This document shows positions 27,344 to 33,259 of a stretch of 33,259 nucleotides of DNA, one piece after another (position 1 is the stretch's first letter; each line of letters begins with the position of its first letter). The notes beneath the pieces are model-generated. The model was not told the DNA's origin and made no database searches. It was given only the letters and a program-made list of their open reading frames with translations. The translations under genes and the position numbers were made by a program. The DNA is taken from positions 1-33,259 of IMG/VR virus record IMGVR_UViG_3300011425_000009, one strand, 5' to 3'. The stretch comes from a virus. Lineage: Duplodnaviria; Caudoviricetes.

Positions 27344-27411
27344 GTCCTCTGCTTCCTTTAATTACTTAAATTTAGTCCATTTTTTAAGCTTTGATGTAAA
27401 CGGCAGAGGAC
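27344..27411 (+). ncRNA. Array unit 0: leader stem-loop
   Basis: GTCCTCTGC/GCAGAGGAC 9-bp closing stem at the predicted start site, followed by the linker TAGTTTAT. Confidence 0.5.
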
Positions 27412-27422
27412 AAATAGTTTAT

Positions 27423-27522
27423 GCGGGTCTAGGTTTGTCCTAGTATGAATAGATTGGAGCCATTATTTACTAGTTAAACTTGGCTATCCTAATGGGGACT
27501 TAAAACGTCCTCACCCGCTCCA
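27423..27522 (+). ncRNA. Array unit 1: tRNA-like RNA
   Basis: GCGGGT/ACCCGC plus TCCA; T-arm-like GGGGAC-ttaaaac-GTCCTC; CTAGG/CCTAG hairpin; long AT-rich middle arm. Confidence 0.65.
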
Positions 27523-27528
27523 GTTTAT

Positions 27529-27600
27529 GGCTGACGATACTTATGGAAAAGAGAAGTACGCCGTGCGAGACGGTATACCATAGGGAAAATAGGCGCACTA
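27529..27600 (+). ncRNA. Array unit 2: structured RNA without a clear acceptor stem
   Basis: Bounded by linkers; ends GGCGCACTA, similar to unit 3; CTTATGG/CCATAGG and CCGT/ACGG stems. Confidence 0.4.
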
Positions 27601-27606
27601 GTTTAT

Positions 27607-27699
27607 GCGTCGGATAACCTCAGAGGTGAGGGGGATTTAGACGGCCTGCGCAGGAAGTCTAGATTGACCACAATGGGTGAAAATCCCTCCGGCGCACCA
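27607..27699 (+). ncRNA. Array unit 3: tRNA-like RNA
   Basis: GCGTCGGA/TCCGGCGC plus ACCA; D-like CCTC/GAGG; extended arm GATTTAGAC/GTCTAGATT; T-like GGG-tgaaaat-CCC. Confidence 0.7.
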
Positions 27700-27704
27700 G
27701 TTAT

Positions 27705-27814
27705 GGGGTATGCCCGTAGGCAACGATGGGCTGGACCTAGATTGTGAGTGTTGCACTATAAATTCAGACGCCAGGTGACTCACAACGTAATAGGTGGCAA
27801 GTCATACCCCACCA
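27705..27814 (+). ncRNA. Array unit 4: RNA with tRNA-like ends
   Basis: GGGGTATG/CATACCCC plus ACCA; CCCGT/ATGGG, ACCTA/TAGGT and TTGTGAGT/ACTCACAA stems; no T-arm. Confidence 0.65.
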
Positions 27815-27820
27815 GTTAAT

Positions 27821-27890
27821 GGCAATCGTCGTCTAAATGTGAGGACGCCTACTATAGTGGAAATGCTGCACACCACGCAGTCGATTGCCA
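27821..27890 (+). ncRNA. Array unit 5: compact tRNA-like cloverleaf
   Basis: GGCAATCG/CGATTGCC; D-arm CGTC/GACG; truncated arm CTAC-tata-GTGG; T-arm GCTGC-acaccac-GCAGT. Confidence 0.65.
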
Positions 27891-27961
27891 AAAGGATTAA
27901 TACAATTCTGTTATCAACTTTGCTATAGTAAATTTTATTACACTTTTAATGGAACATTAAA

Positions 27962-28075
27962 ATGCCTGTATCAAAAAAAGAAGTTGGAAAAATGATTAAG
28001 AAAAGTGAAAAAAAAGACGATAAGAAAGACAATAAAAAGTTTAAATTAAAAGACAAGAAAAAAGGCAAGAAGTAA
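27962..28075 (+). CDS. Lys-rich microprotein
   Basis: 37 aa MPVSKKEVGKMIKKSEKKDDKKDNKKFKLKDKKKGKK; TAATG-coupled to the next ORF. Confidence 0.55.
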   Translation: MPVSKKEVGKMIKKSEKKDDKKDNKKFKLKDKKKGKK

Positions 28076-28209
28076 TGCCTCCGTATAAATCTGCTAAACA
28101 ACGCAGGTTTCTTCATGCTAAACACCCAAAAATAGCTGCCAAGTGGGACGCAGAATATGGTAGTAAGATTGTTAAACCTAAAAAAAAGGCCAAATCTAAA
28201 AAGAAATAG
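28075..28209 (+). CDS. Small basic conserved phage protein
   Basis: 44 aa MPPYKSAKQRRFLHAKHPKIAAKWDAEYG..., a motif I recognise from uncharacterised phage proteins. Confidence 0.65.
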   Translation: MPPYKSAKQRRFLHAKHPKIAAKWDAEYGSKIVKPKKKAKSKKK

Positions 28210-28229
28210 CCTTGTCTTAGTCTAGTCGT

Positions 28230-28505
28230 TTACGCTGCTTTTTCATCTACATTATCTGGAATAGAAACAGGTTTTGTTGCTTCTGATAATTTTGTTTTAA
28301 CATCGTCTAGTTCTTTCTTTGTTTGTGCCAATTCCTGGGTCAGTTCTACAAGTCGTTGGGCATATTCCACGCCTTGCACTCTCAACTCATGACATTTGCG
28401 TAATGTTTCCATGTACACCGTATCTAATGCAATTTTTTCTGCTTCAGACTTTTTAAATTTTGTTTCTAATGCTTCAAATACTTTTGTGCTAACAATGTCT
28501 GTCAT
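28230..28505 (-). CDS. Coiled-coil hypothetical protein
   Basis: 91 aa, SD GGAG, follows the tail fibre gene. Confidence 0.6.
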   Translation of the reverse strand: MTDIVSTKVFEALETKFKKSEAEKIALDTVYMETLRKCHELRVQGVEYAQRLVELTQELAQTKKELDDVKTKLSEATKPVSIPDNVDEKAA

Positions 28506-28570
28506 ATTTCTAACTCCAATTAATTTTAAAAAACATATTATAAATATAATTAATTTATAAAACAGATTTA

Positions 28571-30118
28571 TTACCGCGCGCGTCTTGCTGCAATAAACCC
28601 ATAAGCTGTCATAGTTGAAACCGCAAATGTAACATTCGCAATTAAATAAATCGTGGTCGTTGCTGAAAGGCTTTGTCTACCGGGGCCGATTGGAAAAGCT
28701 TGACCTAGACTTGCGCCAGATGCTCCACAAATCACCGTTAAAGGAGTAGCAACACCTTGTGTTGGTAATGTATTGTTAACTATACTAATTGCACCTATTG
28801 CTACACTTGTCGTTGTTCCTACCGCCGGATTACAATTTAATACAGCACTGATGTCCCAATCTCCCGCCGTGAGTGAAATTGAAGTGATCGTTTTTGAAGT
28901 GGCACTTACTAAACTGACTGCTGAGCCTATTGCTATATTGGAACTGATATATTCACCAATATTACCAGCGCTTGCATTATCATTTGTAGCTGTTCCTGCT
29001 ATTTGACTACCATTCGCAAAAGATAAAACACCACTTCCATTTGTTTTCATAATAAAATTTGCTGAACCATCTACCGCTGGTAAAACTAGCGAAAGATCAG
29101 TCGCTTGAGCATTAGCTACACTTAATTTAGTTGAAAATGTACCAGCGGCATTAGTAAATGCTAATAGAGGTGAATTGGTATTAGTTGAATCTCGTAATAC
29201 AACTTGGGAATTTTTTACATAAATATTTAGACCAACAATAGCATCATCACCAGCAGTCAAAATAGAAACACCGTTAGCGGTAGCTTCATTTCTAATCGTT
29301 AAATAATTAACTGCACTTCCAGAAACAGTAAATAATAATAATTCATTACCGTTATTATCTTGAAACCCTTTGCCCGTATTGAATGGAATATTATTAGCAG
29401 CGCCCACACCTAGTACAGAAGATGCTATCGCTAAACCCTGGCCTAACGTTGAAGTAATAGAAGGAACACTTCCAGCGCTAGTGACAAGAACACCATTAGC
29501 AGCGGTTGCTAAACCACTAACCGTTGAGCCGGTTGCAGCATACCAAGCTAATTGATTAAGTAACCCAGAACTAACTACACCCGTTGAATTTGTATCTTGT
29601 GCAATAATAGACCACTGAGTGGCCGTTTTCATGATCAACGCACCTTGTTGCGGTGCAAGTGTCAATGAAGCCGCGCCATCAATCGTGTCACCAGGGAAAG
29701 GGGTAAAAGTCACATTACCGGACGACGTGTTTTTCAACGCCATTTTAAAACCATTGACGAAAGCAGCCAACCCAACACCGTCTGATAAATTAACGGGGCT
29801 AGCTGTATAATCAAAAGCAACATTAGTTTGTAATGGTGAAAGGACTGCGTCCCCTGCGAGGTTCGCGTAAATAAACCCTGCGTTTAACGTAGCAAGTCTT
29901 GCAGAACCACCCGTGACGTTTATAGCATTTGCATTTTGAAATGCCATTGTCCCTAAATTAAGCCCTGAACCACCGCTTAACTGGTCTACTAAATCACTAA
30001 AAGTAATCGCAGTATCGTCACCCAACCCAAAAGGCGAAGCAGCAATATAAAATAAGTCCGGGTCGGCAATCGTCGTGCTGGGGTTGTCGTCATATACTTG
30101 CTTGACATTTCTCGCCAT
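28571..30118 (-). CDS. Tail fibre / receptor-binding protein
   Basis: 515 aa, Ala/Gly/Ser/Thr-rich; LGTMAFQNANAINVTGG, DTIDGAASL and SLTAGDWDI fibre motifs. Confidence 0.75.
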   Translation of the reverse strand: MARNVKQVYDDNPSTTIADPDLFYIAASPFGLGDDTAITFSDLVDQLSGGSGLNLGTMAFQNANAINVTGGSARLATLNAGFIYANLAGDAVLSPLQTNVAFDYTASPVNLSDGVGLAAFVNGFKMALKNTSSGNVTFTPFPGDTIDGAASLTLAPQQGALIMKTATQWSIIAQDTNSTGVVSSGLLNQLAWYAATGSTVSGLATAANGVLVTSAGSVPSITSTLGQGLAIASSVLGVGAANNIPFNTGKGFQDNNGNELLLFTVSGSAVNYLTIRNEATANGVSILTAGDDAIVGLNIYVKNSQVVLRDSTNTNSPLLAFTNAAGTFSTKLSVANAQATDLSLVLPAVDGSANFIMKTNGSGVLSFANGSQIAGTATNDNASAGNIGEYISSNIAIGSAVSLVSATSKTITSISLTAGDWDISAVLNCNPAVGTTTSVAIGAISIVNNTLPTQGVATPLTVICGASGASLGQAFPIGPGRQSLSATTTIYLIANVTFAVSTMTAYGFIAARRAR

Positions 30119-30132
30119 AAAAGCAATTCCTT

Positions 30133-30276
30133 TTACAATTGTTGCAAGTTTTCTCCACTAAGGAGAAGGAAATCCGTGTCGTCCAATAGGAGGAAGTCTA
30201 AATTACTTGGGGGAATAGGAATACTTCCCGGAAAGTTCCAAAACATACCAAACAATTTATGGACAATATGTTTCAT
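30133..30276 (-). CDS. Small fibre-associated virion protein
   Basis: 47 aa ...DFLLLDDTDFLLLSGENLQQL, SD AAGGA; not in the track. Confidence 0.55.
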   Translation of the reverse strand: MKHIVHKLFGMFWNFPGSIPIPPSNLDFLLLDDTDFLLLSGENLQQL

Positions 30277-30285
30277 GGTTGTCCT

Positions 30286-30552
30286 TTAATAAACCGGTGC
30301 AGAACAATACATAACGCCCGTGGTGGTCGTGTTTCTTGCTACACCATTAACTACGCCAGTGGCTAAAATACTTACGGCAGAAATAGGCCATAATCCAGGG
30401 GTAGCGCCTTGTACCCATTGGGCGGAACCATCAGGCGCTTCATAAACTAAATCACCAGCTGTTTGTACCCATAAATACGTAGAAGGAAGCGGAAATGCAA
30501 CATCATTGACCGCAAGGTCAGAATAACTAAACGTAAATCCTTGAGTAATCAT
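30286..30552 (-). CDS. Small beta-rich putative virion protein
   Basis: 88 aa, YLWVQTAGDLVY; SD AAGGA. Confidence 0.55.
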   Translation of the reverse strand: MITQGFTFSYSDLAVNDVAFPLPSTYLWVQTAGDLVYEAPDGSAQWVQGATPGLWPISAVSILATGVVNGVARNTTTTGVMYCSAPVY

Positions 30553-30566
30553 GGTGAAGTCCTTGT

Positions 30567-32882
30567 CTATGGAACGATGTTTTGATTGATATAAACTATA
30601 TCATATGATCTTTCATTTATCATATTAGCATCATATGCCAGTGTCATGGTTTGAAATGCGTCACAGTTATGGACAATAGCGCCATTTGCTAGCGAAAACT
30701 CACTCATACCAGGAACCGTCAAACACCACACATCTTCACTTTCCGCTATTTCTTCTAATCGTTCGACTTCTAGATCGGCATTGCCATGAGCAATATTTTT
30801 GGGTATTAATAGCATCACCATTTTTTCGAATAATGGCATTAATTTCGATATTACATACCAAGCAATGTTTTTTTTCTTTTTTCCAATTTTTCCATCCCTG
30901 GGTTTTAATAGCATTTTCTTTATGCCATTGTCGCCCCTTGTCAGAACGATGCCATGCTGTTGCTTTTTCGTTATCTTCTTTTGTAAATTTATTAGTTCTT
31001 CTGTTTTTTGATTCATGCCATGAAAGTGATAAATGTTCTTTGATCGGTAAGCATTGCAAATTTGATATGGAGTTATTAAATTGATTATTATCGATGTGAT
31101 GAATATGACAATCTCTTGGGATTTCTCCAAAAGCTGTTTGCCAAACCATCCTATGTAATCTTTTCTTTTCCTTAAGATTAATAAAATATCTTTCATTTTT
31201 ATATAATCTATATATTTTACCAGCGAAACATTGTTCTTTTTTATTAAGGCAGATTGGATCTTCAAACCCTTTACTAATTTTTCGGCAGATATCCAACCGT
31301 TGACCGTCTTGAATAAATGATCCGGCGTACACTTCACCATGTAATTGTTTTTGAATATTACTTTGATTATTTTCGCATTCTTTCGAGTTACTCTTGGATT
31401 GATATAATTCTTCCATCCGCATGATGTTAAGACCTTCCCTGTCTTTGGAAGGTTCATTATTGAGCAGTGTCCGTTAAGTGTCAATACCTCAGTATCACCC
31501 GTAAAGCAACCATGACTTGCAAAATTGTGCAATGGGTTGTCTTTATAGATGCCCCTTTTCTCATCAAATTCTTTACAGTAGTTAGATAAGCAATCGATCA
31601 AGCGAGCAGTATTTTCCTTGTTAAATCGACACCGGTATAACATTCTTCGTATGGCTTGGATGGCGTTGTATTTTTTGGTCGGGCGCTTAACCAAATGTAC
31701 CGTAAGGCCAAAATCACGACCATAATCAGTAATGTCTTTAGCAGTCCCAAAATCACGTTTTTTACCATCGTGCGGAGCAAATATCTCATCAAGTGACAAC
31801 CCTAATCGTCTACAAAAATTCTCTGCCCATCGGAAGTAATGCTCATATTCTTTATTGTTATTTTCATAATAAGCAATCACAACGGGATTAAAGTGTTCGT
31901 CCGACTGCTCTAACACACATGCCGTACTGTCATTCAAACCTAAGTCCATGTGCATCCTGACACGTTTGTGCGGCAAGACGAGGCCTTCTATAATACGCTT
32001 TGTCTCATGGATAATATTTAATTCAGTGGCGAAATAGAGCGTCTCTTGGTTTAACTCGACCGCCGAGTAGTATTCCTGTTGTATCATAAATTCAGGCATA
32101 CCACTCTTACGATCTTCTTCAATCATGTCGTCCGTGACATAACGATTTCCATTATCATCAACCAATGTTTCAATGGTTTCAACACGACAATACCAGCTTG
32201 GATTAGATTTAACATCTTGCATCAACTGATAAGCATGGTTCATTCCATTATAGGTCGTTTGGCCTATCATCCATCCCCCGTTCTGGCGGAGGATAGGCAT
32301 TAAAATATGTCTGACACGTGGGTCTGAATAAGCGAACTCAGAAAGCACAACACCACGAGGGTTAGTACCTCTCAATTTATCAGGGTCAATGTCTGAGCCT
32401 AATATCCATATCACTGACCCGTTCGTGAGTTTCACGACCATGTCAGCATCATTAGGCTTTTTGCCTAAAAACTTTTGCGGCAACATATCCAAGAACTTAA
32501 TACTTTGACCACCTGGCAATAGAATAGCGCCTTCCCACAAGACCATCCTAGCGCGGACGTTTGTAGGATAAATCATGAGATATAAGCCAGGGTCAGTGAT
32601 AGCGGCTTGTAAGACAATGTTCCAACTACAATGCTCTTTGCCAGCCCGCCTAGGCCAGACAAGAAAATGAAACCTTATCCCCTCTACAAATAATTGACGC
32701 TGCACCTCAAGTTGATAAGGCCGAAAGGGAACACTTGGAAATGTATAGATTTCATCGTTTTCAAATAAAATATAAAGATTAGATTTTTCATCACGAACAA
32801 AATCATACGTCATGCCGCTGATCGTGGCTTCGTTCTCTATTAACTCATCTACCTTTGCCAACAAGGCTTGAATGTTGCCCAT
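30567..32882 (-). CDS. terL: Terminase large subunit containing an intein
   Basis: Walker A WPRRAGK, LRG...VVLSE, QEYY, nuclease MDLG and PLHNFASHG|CDA. Start 32882 chosen from the TAATG overlap. Confidence 0.92.
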   Translation of the reverse strand: MGNIQALLAKVDELIENEATISGMTYDFVRDEKSNLYILFENDEIYTFPSVPFRPYQLEVQRQLFVEGIRFHFLVWPRRAGKEHCSWNIVLQAAITDPGLYLMIYPTNVRARMVLWEGAILLPGGQSIKFLDMLPQKFLGKKPNDADMVVKLTNGSVIWILGSDIDPDKLRGTNPRGVVLSEFAYSDPRVRHILMPILRQNGGWMIGQTTYNGMNHAYQLMQDVKSNPSWYCRVETIETLVDDNGNRYVTDDMIEEDRKSGMPEFMIQQEYYSAVELNQETLYFATELNIIHETKRIIEGLVLPHKRVRMHMDLGLNDSTACVLEQSDEHFNPVVIAYYENNNKEYEHYFRWAENFCRRLGLSLDEIFAPHDGKKRDFGTAKDITDYGRDFGLTVHLVKRPTKKYNAIQAIRRMLYRCRFNKENTARLIDCLSNYCKEFDEKRGIYKDNPLHNFASHGCFTGDTEVLTLNGHCSIMNLPKTGKVLTSCGWKNYINPRVTRKNAKIIKVIFKNNYMVKCTPDHLFKTVNGWISAEKLVKGLKIQSALIKKNNVSLVKYIDYIKMKDILLILRKRKDYIGWFGKQLLEKSQEIVIFITSIIINLITPYQICNAYRSKNIYHFHGMNQKTEELINLQKKITKKQQHGIVLTRGDNGIKKMLLKPRDGKIGKKKKNIAWYVISKLMPLFEKMVMLLIPKNIAHGNADLEVERLEEIAESEDVWCLTVPGMSEFSLANGAIVHNCDAFQTMTLAYDANMINERSYDIVYINQNIVP
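30666..31508 (-). mobile_element. Intein (281 aa) in the TerL nuclease motif
   Basis: Begins CFTGDTEV, block B CTPDH, ends DVWCLTV...NGAIVHN followed by Cys+1. Confidence 0.92.
30736..31422 (-). CDS. HNH homing endonuclease nested out of frame in the intein
   Basis: RLHRMVW...GEIP...IHHIDNNQFNNSISNLQCL...EH, plus C-terminal CLVC...KYCSWQC; -1 frame relative to TerL. Confidence 0.85.
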   Translation of the reverse strand: MRMEELYQSKSNSKECENNQSNIQKQLHGEVYAGSFIQDGQRLDICRKISKGFEDPICLNKKEQCFAGKIYRLYKNERYFINLKEKKRLHRMVWQTAFGEIPRDCHIHHIDNNQFNNSISNLQCLPIKEHLSLSWHESKNRRTNKFTKEDNEKATAWHRSDKGRQWHKENAIKTQGWKNWKKEKKHCLVCNIEINAIIRKNGDAINTQKYCSWQCRSRSRTIRRNSGK

Positions 32883-33259
32883 TAATGGCCTATTGCCATC
32901 CAAGTAAACACAGCAACACCACTTGATGAAAGCGAATTTCTAACTAAAAACCCATTGACGGTCAATGTATCTATCATGCCGATGATAGCTGAAGCATCAC
33001 TTGCAGCCGTTGCTGTTGCACCTGCAAAAAGAATAGCGGTAGGAAATGGTGTTCCAAATGTCACTAAAGAACTTGAATCAGTCGCAATCCCTGGAGTAGT
33101 ACCATATTTTAAAATCAACCCTCCAGGCAATGTTACTGTTCCCGCGCCCAATGGAAAGCCTGCCTTTAACCCAGCCGGTGTAATAGGGTGTGCTGTATCA
33201 GTCCCTGCCGATACTTCCGCCGTTGTTGCCTTACGCGGAAATGGGTTGATTAACTGATA
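32882..33259 (-). CDS. Tail fibre C-terminal part (gp53-like), 5' end outside the window
   Basis: Frame is open to the edge; ATTAEVSAGTD..ITPAGL, TLPGGLILKYG, FGTPFPT and WMAIGH. Confidence 0.8.
   Translation of the reverse strand, partial: YQLINPFPRKATTAEVSAGTDTAHPITPAGLKAGFPLGAGTVTLPGGLILKYGTTPGIATDSSSLVTFGTPFPTAILFAGATATAASDASAIIGMIDTLTVNGFLVRNSLSSSGVAVFTWMAIGH

Noticed and set aside
27531-27612. Hammerhead ribozyme in array unit 2 (CTGACGA...stem...GAAA)
   Set aside because: Two extra bases precede stem II and no convincing stem I forms around a cleavage triplet.
27412-27820. CRISPR array suggested by the periodic linker
   Set aside because: The repeat is only about 10 nt, the intervening units are 70-110 nt and self-structured, and no cas genes are present.
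27423-27890. Canonical decoding tRNA genes
   Set aside because: No GTTCRA T-loop or 7-nt anticodon loop, so no anticodon can be assigned.
30686-31084. Third ORF (132 aa) antisense within the intein
   Set aside because: No SD or motif; likely a shadow of dual-coding DNA.
33253-33259. ACTGATA at both window ends as a terminal repeat
   Set aside because: Only 7 nt, and the two ends lie within different genes.
1-33259. Stop-codon reassignment linked to the tRNA-like array
   Set aside because: Core genes are full length under the standard bacterial code, and TAA, TAG and TGA all terminate genes.

Overview
AT-rich tailed-phage DNA covering most of a podovirus-like genome; both ends cut through genes. 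The minus strand carries a T7-order virion module: portal, scaffold, major capsid, decoration protein, tail tubular A and B, and four internal virion proteins, with tail fibres and the terminase large subunit at the right end. The centre holds a lambdoid-type early region: an Xre/Cro HTH gene with divergent promoters, a Sak4-like ATPase, Gp157, a DUF669 SSB, a VapE helicase and a VRR-NUC nuclease. No RNA polymerase, DNA polymerase, integrase or clear lysin is visible. Highlights: (1) a promoter-driven array of about six structured RNAs at 27.3-27.9 kb, several with tRNA-like acceptor stems and NCCA ends but non-tRNA interiors, joined by a repeated linker; (2) a terminase intein whose HNH endonuclease lies in the -1 frame behind an in-frame A_AAA_AAG slippery site; (3) a candidate sRNA with several anti-Shine-Dalgarno segments matching the phage's own ribosome-binding sites; (4) an inverted HTH-plus-iteron cassette and an inverted collagen-like gene inside the structural operon. 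All family calls and RNA folds were made by eye, without database searches.
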